64,000 nt of DNA, from contig JAHRHZ010000061.1 of the NCBI GenBank assembly GCA_024137785.1, positions 1,556,622-1,620,621 of the forward strand. The letters run 5' to 3'. Source of the stretch: Ginglymostoma cirratum (Eukaryota). Below are positions 51,101 to 59,633 of this stretch, one piece after another. Made by a program: the position numbers and the translations under genes. The notes beneath the pieces are model-generated. The model did no database searches. It was not told the origin of the DNA and worked only from the letters and a program-made list of their open reading frames with translations. How positions within the stretch are numbered: the stretch's first letter is position 1; each line of letters begins with the position of its first letter.

Positions 51101-54100
51101 CCCTTTGACTTTCACACATGGTCTACAGCTTGAAGCACTGACAGTGCTTTCCACTTAAGCTGCTGGCACATGCTGCTGTACATCAACATGTCCATCCCCT
51201 TGCTCCCTACTGAAACTAGCTGCTTCCTCTGCCTTGTGTTAAAAACCAATGTAAAGCAGAGAGGTTCACAGCCTCTGACTGAGCAACATGTCACTGGCTT
51301 ACTTGTTCAAGTAGGCAATGTTGTCACTAACCTGTGCAGGTAACTGAAAACAATGCACAATTTCCATCGTGTAGTAGAATCCTTACTGTGGTTTCTTGTG
51401 CTCCATTACACAAGACCACTAAGTGTATCAGTAGAAAGTAATTTTATTTTCAGTGTAAAATTTCTTTGAAAACCTAGAGTATATATGTGAAAGTGACTTC
51501 TCAGTCAGTTTTCATTTTGAAGTAGTTGTCCATTGTGCCAATATCTTGCTCAAAAAGACAAATCTGAACACTATTTCTGGATGATCACTTATTGTTTGAA
51601 TCATTGGCACTTAGCAGCAGCAGTTTATGCATCTGGTTGAAAACAAGTCACTTCACAGTTTTTGCAGGTTATTGCTATGAGCTGTAAAAGCTTGTCTTTT
51701 GTGGGGAAAAGCCCACACTTTTGCACTCTGCTGTTCTTGGGTTTACAAAACCAGAGTCTATTTATGACTTAATTTGTCTTTCCACTTGCTCTTTTCAGCC
51801 TTTATAATACCCTGCTTTACAGGCCTTTACCCTTCATTTATTAGTTTCAAAATTGTGCACAGTATACTCTTACAATCAGAGAACCATACAGCATGGAAAC
51901 AGACCCTTTGTTCCAACTTGCCTGTGCTGACCAGACATTCCAATCTGAGCTAATCCCATTTGCCGGCATTTGGCCCAAATCCCTCTAAACCCTTCCTATT
52001 CATGTACCCATCCAGATGCCTTTCCAAATGTTGAAATTGTACCCACCTCCACTACTTCCTCTGGCAGCTCATTCCGTACACACACCACCCTCTGCATGAA
52101 AAAGTTACCCCTCAGGTCCTTTTTAAATGTTTCTCCTCTCACCTTAAACCTATGGCTTCTAATTTGGATTTCCTCACCCCAGGGAAAAAGACCTTGGCTG
52201 TACACTGTATCCATGCCCCTCATGATTTTATAAACCTCTGTAAGGTCATCCCTCAGCCTCTGATGCTCCAGAGGAAGAAAGCCCCAGCCTATTCAGCTTC
52301 TCCCTATAACTGAAGCCCTCCAGTCCTAGCAACATCCTTGTAAATCTTTTCTGTACCCTTTCAAGTTTAACAACATCCTTTCTATAAAAGATGACCAGAA
52401 TTGTATTCAGTATTCTAAAGGTGGCCTCATCGATGTCCTGTTTCAGCACAATGTGAGATTCCAACTCCTGTACTCAATGTTCTGACTAATGAAGTCAAGC
52501 ATGCCAACTACCTTCTTTACCACCTGTCTGCTTGCAACTTCAGTTTCAAGGAACCAGGCACCTGCACCTTAGGTCTCTTTGTTCAGCAACACTCCCCAGG
52601 GTCCATTCATTATCTGTATAAGTCCTGCCCTGATTTGCCTTATCAAAATGCAACACCTCACCTTTATCTAAATTAAACTCCATCTGCCAGTCCAATGCCC
52701 ATTGGCCCATCTGATCAACGTCCTGTTGTACTATGAGGTAACCTTCTTCGCTGGCCAACACACCACCTATTTTGGTGTCATCTGCAAACATACCAACCAT
52801 GCCTCCCATATTCACATCCAAATCATTTATATAAATGACAAAGAGAAGTTGACTTAACACACCGCTGATCACAGGCCTCCAGTCCGAAAAGCAACTGTAT
52901 ACACCTCCCTCTGCCTCTTACCTTCAAACCATATTTGTATCCAATTGGCTAGTTCCCCTTGGATCCCAAGCAATCTAACCTTAGTAACCAGTCTACTATG
53001 CGGAACCTTGTCGAATGTATTGCTGAAGTCCAATAAAAAGTATTTGGTTCTATGAATAGTTAAGGAAAAGATTTAAGTGGCTTCACACCACAATGTGTAT
53101 TTTAACAGGAGTATCACTTCTTCATTTGGAAAATTTGAATTAAAATCAATTTCCATGTTTAGAATATCAGTTAGAAATGTAGGTCCTTTTTCAGTGTAAA
53201 CCAGAATAGCAATTGAGAGTAGATGCTGTTTAAAAACTGGGTTTCTTATGCTGAAATATAATTAGAAATATGATTACATTATAACTTCAACGAGGTTAGT
53301 GGGTCATCTGGCAACACATTTTCCAAAAAGTTAAACTCAAATGATAACTTGTGTCAGAGAACCATTTTAGAATAAATTATTACATGCAAGTATTCCGCAT
53401 ATGAGAAATACTCCAACCTTTAATACAACTGGCAAAGCAATTTGGATTTTCTTATAAAGACATACCTTGTAATCTGGGTCAGATGGATAGATTTCCCTTT
53501 TGTAATATCCATGACAATTTGCATCTTGGCAGATGGCTACAGGATTAGGAGCATGTTTACACATTTCAATATATTCATTTATTTTGATCTACAGGATGAA
53601 AAAAAAGTTTCACGTTATTTTGAGCAAACAAAAATAAAATGAGAGTTACTGGTTCTAAATAATTAAATATCTCAGACAGATTTGGATTAGGATATTAACT
53701 CCAGTCAAGTGGTCTGGTTCCAAAGCAAAAAAAGTACTAACTGAGGCACTTTCAGATGAAGCCAATCTGCTTCCTTTAACATTTTGTAATAATTTGTTTA
53801 TAGCGTCACAAGGCTTGAAGATATGAATTTTAAAACTTCCAACTGGTTGGAATTGTTGCAAATTGGACTGAGACAAGACAAACTGCTTGAATGTGCAAGG
53901 CTACCTTCTAGATGAAAAAAAACAAATAAATCATACACAGGGAAGTGTAAAAGGAAAGATTTCCAGACACCCCCTGAAACTATCACTGGCCTCAATTAGG
54001 CATTAATAAATGTAAAATACGGGGCATTGATACAATGACTGGCACAGACCAACCAACCCAAATAACTTCTTGGAAATACACACACTGGAACTGGGATTTC

Positions 54101-57100
54101 AAAAGGAGGCTCTAACAGCATTTCTAGCAGATAATTGAACAGAAGCTGCCATCTCTATTTTTCTCTCTTTCAATAAGTTAACACCAACTTCCCACAGAAA
54201 TAGCCAAAGCGAAAATCCATCAAAGGACCAAGAATTTTCTACAGCTGCAAGATCCACTACGACCAACTACATCCAGGAAACAAGCTAATCAACATTTGCC
54301 TCAAGTTAAAACTTCACGCAAAAACAGGGCTCCGTGTTGGTGCCCTTGCTGTTTGTAGTTTATACAAAGGATTTTGACTTGCATGTAGAAAGGCTGCTCA
54401 GTAAGTTTGTGGATGATATGAAAATTGGTTGGATGGTAGTTTGGAGGATAGCCTTGGACTGTAGAAGGATATAGTGGGTTGGTCAGATGGGCTGATCAGT
54501 GGCAAGTGGACTTCAATCCAGATAAATGTGAGGTAATGCATCTTGGCAGACAAGGGAAGGGAATACGTGATGAACGATAGGTTCCTGGGAAGCAGCGAGG
54601 ATCAAAGAGATCTTGGTGTGCGTGTCCACCAGTCCTTTATGGTAACAGGAGAGGTGGATAAAGTGGTTAAGAAGGCATGTAGGATGCTTGCTTTTGTTAG
54701 CCGAGGCATAGAATGTAAGAGCAGGGAGGTAATGCTGGACTGTATAAAACATTGGTTAGGCCACAGTAAAGGATGGGCAAAAAATGCTGCCCTTGAGTGA
54801 TGCCCACATCCCATTAGCAAATAAAAAAGACTTTGGGCCAAGTCCTGGGAAGTAGGATTAGAATAGTTAGGTGGTTGCTTTTGGCTACAGACTCGTGGGT
54901 TGAAGGGCCTTTTTCTATGCCACAGACATCTATGTCAGCCAAAGTCATATATTCTTCTACTTTCTTTTGTGTTGTCTGGTATTCCCCTTTAACTTTTAAT
55001 ATGAGTGTGCATGTACCGAAGTGATTGCGTGAGACTGTATGCTTGATGCTGTATTTTTCTCTCACCTCTTTGGGTTTAATGATTAATCAATTTGTTCTTT
55101 CTTTGACTCAAGAAAACCTTGCTAGCCCAGGTGATGCTCACATTTTATGAAAGAACATTTAAAAAAAAGTTTCTCCTTATCCAAAAACCAGACCGTGGCA
55201 AGATGGCATCAGGGCCAAATAGGTAGCAGCAAATAAATGGTTACGGGACTCTTGGAAAAACTGCAAAATTTATAGGGGGTGGATGGAAAGTAGAAAAGTT
55301 TCAGCAGTTACTTTTCAAAAAAGCCACCTGCAGACTTTTCTGAGATTAAAATTGACATTTTTCCCTCACAGTAAAAATAGTTAATTGTATTTTTAACTCA
55401 GGAGATGAATAGCTTCAGACAAAAGAAATTAAACCTTAATTGTTAACAACTGGGAAGGGTGAACAGATGGAAGCCAGTTCACCCCTTTTCACATAATCAT
55501 AACAAATGCAACATTTGTCGATTTCAAATTCAGCACTGGTTATATACCAGGTTATATACCATCTAAACTAATTTCACTGAAAATACCCAATAGCAAAAGT
55601 TGGTAGTGAGCATGGCTTTTGCATGGATGAGAGGATGCATACTTTCTGATTTTAAAATCATTTTCCAGTCACAATCTTAGGTCATTAGGGGCATCACTAT
55701 AAAATAAATCAAAGTGAAATTGGTTGAGTTGCCTTTCTGCGCAACTGCAGCTATGGATCACATGTAACAATGATATTTATAATGCTATAAATAGAAGGCA
55801 AAGTTTTGGGAGACAACTTCTAACCCGCCTCACCTCCACTATTACTAACTATGAATCTTTGCTGAACAATGATTATTCAAATGGTAATTTTTGTTTGACA
55901 GAAATAGAGTTGCCTCAAAACAAAAAAACCCATTACTATGGAAAATTTCATGATTAGGGGTGATCTAAAAGCAATTTACAGCCAATAAAGTCCAGGTATA
56001 ATCAACTGTAGAAATGTGGTGGCTAGTGTATGCACAGCAAGCTCCAACAAAGAATAATGTGATAATGGAAAAAAAATTGGTTTATGTTTTATTGATATAG
56101 GGATAAATGCTGGACAGAACCCTGGAACTGGCAGCGTGGTGTTAATAATAATATGACTATATGTCAGATGCCCAGACTAGTGCTCTAGAAATGTGTTCAA
56201 ATCGCACTACAGCGCTGGAATAAGAAATCTAGTCTCAATAATAATGATCGCAAAACTACTGAATTGTTATAAAAATTCTTCCAGTTCACTAATGCCCTTC
56301 TGAAAAGAAAATTTAAGATTAAGGCAGATCTGCACTCCATCCACATTCAGTTGTAAATGCTGGTGGACAATTAAACAACTCAGCAGAGGAAAAGACTCCA
56401 TAAACATTCCCATCTTCAATGATAGGGATATCTAGCACATCAATGCAAAAGACAGAACTGAAGGATCTGCAACCATTTTCACCCAAATACTAAGCACATG
56501 ATCCATCTCAGCATCTTCCTACAGTCTCAACCATTATAAATGTCAAACTTCAGCTAATTTAGTTCATCCACACAATAAAAAGAAGCAACTGAAAGCACTG
56601 GATACAGACTGGACAACATCTTGGCTGCTGTACTGAAGACTTATGATCAAAAACTAACCACAACCAGGTTGTTCCACTATGGCTTTAGCAGTTGTATCCA
56701 CCCAACAACACAGAAAATCACCCAGGCATATCCTATGCAATCTTCCCAATTACCGTCCCATCAATCTACTCTCAACCATCAGTAAACAGATGGATGAACT
56801 CATTGATACCACTACCAAGCAGCACTTGCAGAGCAATAACCTACATACCATCTCATTTGGAGTTCCATCAGGATCACTTAGCTCCAGACTTCATTACAAT
56901 CTGAATCCAAACACTAAAAAAAAGCTGAACTGAAAAACTGAGGTGAGACGGACTACCCTTGACATCAAAGCAGTATTTCACAGGGTGTGGCAAAACTGAA
57001 GTCAATGGGAATCAAGGAGAACATTCTTCTTTAGTTAGAGCCATATGTCATACAAAGGTTTTGGTTGTTGGTGGCGGTCAATTATCTCAGCTCCAAAACC

Positions 57101-59633
57101 TTGCTGCAGATGTCCTGAGGGCAATTTCTTTGACCCAACCATTTTTAGATACCTCATCATTGGCCTTCTCTCTAAAATGAATCTGGTGATAATGTTAACT
57201 CATGATTCAATGTTCCGTAAAATTTATCAGTAAATATAACAATCCACGTCTATATGTAGGAAACTCTAGGCACATTCAGGTTTGGGTTGATAACAAACAA
57301 AAAATTTGACCAGCAGTGACCTTATTCCAATAAGACAGATTCTAACCCACATACGCTCGGCATCCATCAATATTATCATCACTTAATCCTCACCATCAAC
57401 AGCCTGGGGGATTATCATCAATTAGAAAATAATTTTACTAGTCACATAAGTACTGTGGCTACGACTCCGAAGATTATATTTGTAGGAAGTACCCCACCTG
57501 CTGAAAACCTACCCTTCATCCATGAGGATGTGATGGAATACTCTGCTCTTGCCTGGATGATTACAACTCCAACAGAAAGTTGACATCTTCCAGAACTAAT
57601 CAGCATACTTGATCAGAACCCCACTCATCAATTTAAACAGTCATCTCTCCGCAACCTGGACACCATGGCTGTGGTGTGTACAAGATGCACTACAGAAATA
57701 TGCTAAGCTACTTTCAACCGTTCCTTCCAAACAAAATACTTCTACCAACTAAGACAAAAACTATTGCAGTAGACACAAGGGAGCACCACAACCTACATGT
57801 TCCCATCTAAATTGCACATCATCCTAACTCTGTCTTCTACAGATGTCAAAATCCTGGAACTATCTTCCTAACAGCACTGGCACATCATTTAGGAAAGACT
57901 GCTCAATAGTTTTTCAAGGGAGATTATTATTCAATTAAATGCTGACCTTGCCAGTGAAATGCATTCCACGAATGATTTTTGTTTTTAAAAACACTTACTA
58001 CAAAATGTTTTGGCTCAATCTCTTCTGCTTTTAGCACCACATCAGTCCATTCTATAGTTGGAGGGTTATCCTGAAATTCTTGCTTTGAATTCTGAAACCA
58101 TTTCATAGCCTCTTCAAATCTGCAAAATAAATTTTGAATCTTAGATCTCTACTAATGAGCTTAGAGAAATGAGGAAAGTAGTAAAAACATAATCAAAATG
58201 CTAAAAAGTCTGTACAATTTAAGTTATGTAAAATCTGAAAGGACATTGCAATTTTGAACCAAAGCCATGGTGTTTAAGATTTGTCACAAGGAAAATACTT
58301 GAATCGTTTATTAAGACCAAAGGAGACTTTGGTGCAGAAGCAGGCCATTCAGCCCATTGAGTCTGCTCTGCCATTCAATGAGGTCATTGCTGACCTGTTA
58401 ATCCTCCACTCTACTTTACTGCCCTGTCCCATAACTTTTGATTCATTTACTGATTAAAAATCTGTGTACCTCAGCCTCAAGTACACTTGATGACTCAGTT
58501 TCTACAGCACTCTGTAGGTAAAAGATTCATAGATTCGCTACCCGCAGACAAAAGTCATCCATGTCTAACTTAAACAGATGATTCCTTATTCTGAGATTAT
58601 GCCCTCTGGTTCGAGACTTTCCACAAGGAAAAACAATCTCTCTGCATCCACACTTTCAAGCTCTCTCAGAACCTTATTTGTTTCACTAGGGTTTCCCCTT
58701 ATTCTTTCAGACTCCAGTAAGTACAAGGTCAATTCACTCAACCTCTCCTCATAAGGAAATCCCTCTATACCCTGGATCAACCTAGTGTACTTTCTCTATC
58801 GTTGCCAATGACAATACATCTTCCCTTACATAAGTATATATAAATCTATCATTCAGATATACACACAAACTAGATGTTTCCTTAGCATCAAAATTGTTCA
58901 CAGTCTTCAAGGTGTGGCCTTGTATACTTTTAGCAATATATTTTGTTTTCATTTTTTAAAAGAGTTTTATACTCCATTCCTTTTGAAACAAAGGCCAACA
59001 GTCCAGTTGCCTTCTCTATTATTTGCAGCCCTTGGGTGCAGGTTTGGCGATTCGTGCATTAGAACCTCCAATAATATTGAACTCATCTATCCTTCCTGTC
59101 AAGGTGCACAATATCACATTTTCCCACATTACATTCAATTGCCAAGTTTTTGCCCACTCACTCAACCTGTATGCACCCCTCTGAAGACTCTGTGTCACCC
59201 TCACTGACCCAAATGTCTTTTTATGGTAATCATCAGCCCTGTTATCTCAACCTTAATTATAGTTTCTACCATTTTCCCTGTGACTGATGTTAGGCTGATA
59301 GGCCTATAGTTTCCCATTTTCACTTATTTTCTAAAATAGTGTCATTATATTTATCATCTTCCAATCTATTGGGACCATTTCGGAGTCTGTAGAATTTTGA
59401 AAATAACCAGCATTGAGATGATTGCAAATGCTTGTTTCCAAATGCAGGTATATTCCTGTATGTGTTATTGCTTTCTTTAATACCCAACTTCTGTATCAGA
59501 TTCCTTACCTATTTTGCTTGAAGTATAAACAGCCAAACGTGTGATACGCGACATACACAAAACTTTGACATTCTGGGGTCTCCTTTGTCATTTTCTTAAT
59601 TGCCACAATCTGTTTTTCAGCTTCAGACAGATC
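124..59633 (-). CDS. DZIP3: DZIP3-like E3 ubiquitin ligase (TTC3/DZIP3 family), partial; 18 internal coding exons, 5' and 3' ends outside window
   Basis: 18 exons with AG/GT boundaries and continuous reading frame. The HEPN exon closely matches recalled human DZIP3 (FYRLLHLLIIKGT..LLYPPN..PAP.GGW..DQSKSA..HQL..YLG.PV..QQG). The order TPR-like / Cys-His / HEPN / Lys-rich / coiled coil is as in DZIP3. Confidence 0.9.
1751..1869 (-). CDS. DZIP3: DZIP3 exon, coiled coil: ALLRNLDQLITKLKEEQQQRIRAENQYSRLQEYYQLEIS(R)
   Basis: ttttttacag / gtgtgt, 119 nt, phase 0-2. Confidence 0.8.
2092..2214 (-). CDS. DZIP3: DZIP3 exon, coiled-coil start: DLYSSSSVGDGTISVQEHLWQNVKEKSEMRQKLLALQNENQ
   Basis: tcttatag / gtaagt, 123 nt, phase 0-0. 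Confidence 0.85.
2508..3345. mobile_element. Solo-LTR-like insertion within CR1
   Basis: AT-rich block tgtaagg...cataaca splits the CR1 motif gatgta|gtatacttgga. Confidence 0.45.
4273..4969 (-). mobile_element. Gypsy/Ty3 LTR retrotransposon 3' fragment (integrase tail, PPT-like tract, LTR end)
   Basis: Minus-strand GPVWVRGEV..SGPMTYKL..VDHLK integrase C-terminus, G-rich tract near 4490, AATAAA and terminal CA. Confidence 0.7.
5425..5722 (-). CDS. DZIP3: DZIP3 exon, Ser/Asp-rich low-complexity region: ETLSIPVQENQVDDSRSKK...STSSSVCTSS
   Basis: tgtaacag / gtaagt, 298 nt, phase 2-0; overlaps ORF 5407..5703. Confidence 0.8.
7311..7366 (-). CDS. DZIP3: DZIP3 exon: AQTTEDNHNITQDITSHQ
   Basis: ttcttttcag / gtaagg, 56 nt, phase 0-2. 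Confidence 0.75.
7916..8786. mobile_element. Solo-LTR-like element
   Basis: tgataac...cataca termini flanked by ctct-like short duplication; no coding capacity. Confidence 0.45.
9023..9350 (+). mobile_element. HE1 (V-SINE) tRNA-derived SINE
   Basis: A box tggctcagtggttagc, B box ggttcaattcc, V-domain ggtttcc..ggtgctctggtttcctcccac, CR1-like tail. Confidence 0.9.
9779..9835 (-). CDS. DZIP3: DZIP3 exon, lysine-rich RNA-binding/NLS-like motif: VSKAKTKSKKKKKKSKGKK
   Basis: cattgtag / gtaagc, 57 nt, phase 0-0; equivalent to human DZIP3 VKSKQRKKKKTKNKK. Confidence 0.85.
10030..10650 (-). mobile_element. CR1 LINE 3' fragment
   Basis: CR1 3' UTR and RT tail in reverse orientation. Confidence 0.75.
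10938..11285. repeat. 41-bp minisatellite, about 8.5 degenerate copies
   Basis: Unit consensus gggaagggtgtcctgcagtcagcatcatggtgaagcagtct repeated head-to-tail. Confidence 0.9.
12257..15854 (+). repeat. Arm A of intragenic inverted segmental duplication (partner 47997-51266)
   Basis: Reverse-complement match to 47997-51266; ORF-track translations 13381..13602(+) and 49928..50149(-) are identical. Confidence 0.95.
14376..14692 (-). mobile_element. HE1 (V-SINE), inserted into duplication arm A only
   Basis: Full-length HE1 structure; the empty site gtgta|cttgaatcc is present in arm B near 49120. Confidence 0.92.
16380..16945. mobile_element. Penelope-like element termini in inverted orientation around the gap
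   Basis: gagataacaaggtgtggagctggatgaacacagcaggcc.. on the left and its reverse complement on the right; same family as 11750-11840 and 61060-61290. Confidence 0.7.
16442..16841. other. Assembly gap (400 N)
   Basis: Run of N, flanked by inverted Penelope-type termini. Confidence 1.
17262..17470. mobile_element. Penelope-derived inverted-repeat (hairpin) element; similar copies ~6395-6600, 29315-29535, 34490-34670, single arm 9490-9585
   Basis: Arms gctggaaaagctcagcaggtctagcagcatctgtgaagg..ttaatgtttcg and their reverse complement. Confidence 0.75.
17913..18001 (-). CDS. DZIP3: DZIP3 exon: ATGLPALTATQETKEQTMEPADLKNDDDSM
   Basis: atcttttag / gtaagg, 89 nt, phase 1-0; needed to restore phase. 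Confidence 0.75.
18340..21090 (-). mobile_element. Long degraded CR1 LINE including ORF1 SGNH-esterase region and RT 3' end
   Basis: ORF 20610..20816 ELGSKLKGRNSKVVISRLLP..FRFLGH (CR1 ORF1 esterase); KRNFFTQRMVSLWN RT tail. Confidence 0.8.
21695..21733 (-). CDS. DZIP3: DZIP3 39-nt micro-exon: GTPTQTKGEMSTN
   Basis: tttgatag / gtaagt, phase 1-1, open frame; no homology support. Confidence 0.6.
22250..23520 (+). mobile_element. CR1 ORF1 (esterase) fragment followed by CR1 3' fragment
   Basis: gtgctaggggacagtata (VLGDS), cacgctggaaccaacaac (HxGTN), gtaataatttctggattacta; then RT tail. Confidence 0.7.
23756..24412 (-). CDS. DZIP3: DZIP3 exon encoding the whole DZIP3/hRUL138-like HEPN domain
   Basis: atatttag / gtacag, 657 nt, phase 1-1; ORF 23709..24380 with FDITLL..LIRHL..PAP.GGW..D.S.SA...RL...RN motifs. 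Confidence 0.95.
25360..26690 (+). mobile_element. CR1 LINE RT/3' fragment with nested SINE
   Basis: QGSMLGPLLFVIY, LNLDKCKVLH, RDLGVQVH motifs; tail gtatgactcta. Confidence 0.85.
27960..28560 (-). pseudogene. PIF/Harbinger (HARBI1-like) DDE transposase remnant
   Basis: AQVQGTIECAH ~ FPxVxGAIDCTH; FINKKRFHSFSLQVICDH ~ NRKGFHSxNVQxVCD; CHNAYIL ~ HDAYIL; frameshifted. Confidence 0.85.
29850..30750 (-). mobile_element. CR1 LINE fragment
   Basis: Reverse-strand RT motifs (DFSKAFDKV region near 30620). Confidence 0.7.
30755..31085 (+). mobile_element. tRNA-headed SINE with L2-like 3' tail (partial relatives at ~25428-25592, ~56130-56310, ~60838-61050)
   Basis: B-box-like ggtttaaatcc, shared core gactccag..cacagcaatgtggttgactcttaactg, tail gggatrggcaataaat. 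Confidence 0.65.
31935..32243 (-). CDS. DZIP3: DZIP3 exon, TTC3-like helical (CARD-like) module 2: GDQCSLCFLYSYKNVIIQILYDMENLL...LPKLKPLFDEFNREFEKF
   Basis: ttttttag / gtaagt, 309 nt, phase 1-1; overlaps ORF 31876..32178; C-terminus resembles TTC3 LIWLLEEHRDKFPALHSALDEFF. Confidence 0.85.
33106..33381 (-). CDS. DZIP3: DZIP3 exon, TTC3-like helical (CARD-like) module 1: DKCRLFHEIATKRKLIESAIVE...RELKEWIPYILEL
   Basis: tttttgcag / gtaaga, 276 nt, phase 1-1; within ORF 33068..33418. Confidence 0.85.
34070..34350 (+). mobile_element. Tx1/L1-clade LINE ORF2 C-terminal zinc-knuckle remnant
   Basis: VRAFLHAQRL...EETIDHLLVEFSFAK resembles the zf-RVT ETxxHLLxECxFAK motif. Confidence 0.6.
34805..37310 (+). 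mobile_element. CR1 LINE with nested antisense CR1 3' fragment (~35943-36850)
   Basis: ISREMVLGKL..LHSKVLKEVA RT region; inner element in opposite orientation; outer element resumes near 36860. Confidence 0.8.
38153..38265 (-). CDS. DZIP3: DZIP3 linker exon: KYEQKAVDTLEASNRCNEQNEYEKGRKEKETELPLST
   Basis: Strong acceptor ctctttttatag, weak donor AG/gttgtt, 113 nt, phase 2-1; bridges the phases of its neighbours. Confidence 0.65.
38905..39655 (+). mobile_element. L2-clade LINE 3' fragment
   Basis: ggctgacaagtggcaagtaacgttt..aagatgcactgcag..aaatcctggaactcccttcc, typical of fish/shark L2 3' ends. Confidence 0.7.
40230..40273 (-). CDS. DZIP3: DZIP3 short exon: FEIKISDLSPQISA
   Basis: ctattgcag / gtaagt, 44 nt, phase 0-2; starts with FE as in TTC3/DZIP3. 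Confidence 0.75.
40746..40838 (-). CDS. DZIP3: DZIP3 exon, Cys-His domain part 3: DFCSMKCMSSDCKGLIIKCVIHQASGSIQTE
   Basis: atttcag / gtaaga, 93 nt, phase 0-0; matches TTC3 DFLQGICLTPDCEGVISKI. Confidence 0.88.
42090..42890 (+). mobile_element. CR1 LINE 3' fragment
   Basis: Degenerate RT tail and 3' UTR. Confidence 0.65.
43009..43110 (-). CDS. DZIP3: DZIP3 exon, Cys-His domain part 2: GYIAFCCDSYCLISYHLTCWKRLKETQYHGKSNQ
   Basis: catttcag / gtaaga, 102 nt, phase 0-0; family motif C-x3-C-x3-(F/Y)H-x2-CWKK. Confidence 0.9.
43896..44214 (-). mobile_element. HE1 (V-SINE)
   Basis: A/B boxes, V-domain, tail ...tgtagggattcta. Confidence 0.9.
45010..45700 (-). mobile_element. RTE-clade LINE RT remnant
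   Basis: LENWRSILEDKDVKINGPKIQFM ~ LExWRxxLExxGxKIxxxKTEYM; a related ETWWxNE-like segment lies in the duplication arms (~15330). Confidence 0.55.
45830..47965. mobile_element. CR1 endonuclease/RT fragment (+) with nested antisense CR1 3' fragment (~47064-47965)
   Basis: REGVILDFVFRNEAGQ (endonuclease), NYWPVNLTS (RT); inner reverse copy LEHRRLRGDLIEVYK. Confidence 0.8.
47997..51266 (-). repeat. Arm B of intragenic inverted segmental duplication (partner 12257-15854)
   Basis: As for arm A; lacks the SINE and the 30-bp insert present in arm A. Confidence 0.95.
51880..53030 (-). mobile_element. CR1/HER1 LINE 3' fragment
   Basis: ORF 52546..52872 LLFVIYINDLD..FADDTKIGG; LERVQKRFTRML. Confidence 0.9.
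53466..53588 (-). CDS. DZIP3: DZIP3 exon, TTC3/DZIP3 Cys-His domain part 1: IKINEYIEMCKHAPNPVAICQDANCHGYYKREIYPSDPDYK
   Basis: cctgtag / gtatgt, 123 nt, phase 0-0; matches TTC3 ECKFPPVPDAICCYQKCHGYSKIQIYITDPDFK. Confidence 0.9.
54330..54925 (+). mobile_element. CR1 3' fragment inside an LTR-like block (~53640-55505)
   Basis: QRDLGVRVHQS..VVKKACRMLAF RT tail; flanks resemble the 2508-3345 element ending ...atcataaca. Confidence 0.6.
56340..57975 (+). mobile_element. L2-clade LINE RT/3' fragment
   Basis: NYRPINLLSTISKQM motif; same 3' end as 38905-39655. Confidence 0.75.
57999..58119 (-). CDS. DZIP3: DZIP3 exon: FEEAMKWFQNSKQEFQDNPPTIEWTDVVLKAEEIEPKHFV
   Basis: ttttgcag / gtaagt, 121 nt, phase 2-0; similar to the TTC3 RFPEALNHF..LTWPTSNVIIEESQP region. 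Confidence 0.85.
58320..59410 (-). mobile_element. CR1 LINE 3' fragment
   Basis: YEERLSELTLYLLE, RLSEWAKTWQ motifs. Confidence 0.8.
59509..59633 (-). CDS. DZIP3: DZIP3 exon (TPR-like helix): DLSEAEKQIVAIKKMTKETPECQSFVYVAYHTFGCLYFKQN(R)
   Basis: ctctgtag acceptor, gtaagg donor, 125 nt, phase 0-2; aligns to recalled human DZIP3 DYTEAENKF..CENFMSLVYFGRG. Confidence 0.85.

Noticed and set aside
12257-51266. Giant TIR transposon (Polinton/CACTA-like) defined by the long inverted arms
   Set aside because: The interior holds host exons in correct order, the arms are composites of decayed LINE fragments, the outer ends are diverged, and there is no TSD or intact transposase.
124-59633. Calling the gene TTC3
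   Set aside because: Several exons are TTC3-like, but the HEPN exon, Lys-rich motif and coiled coil match DZIP3, and as I recall TTC3 lacks this HEPN domain. Synteny and phylogeny would settle it.
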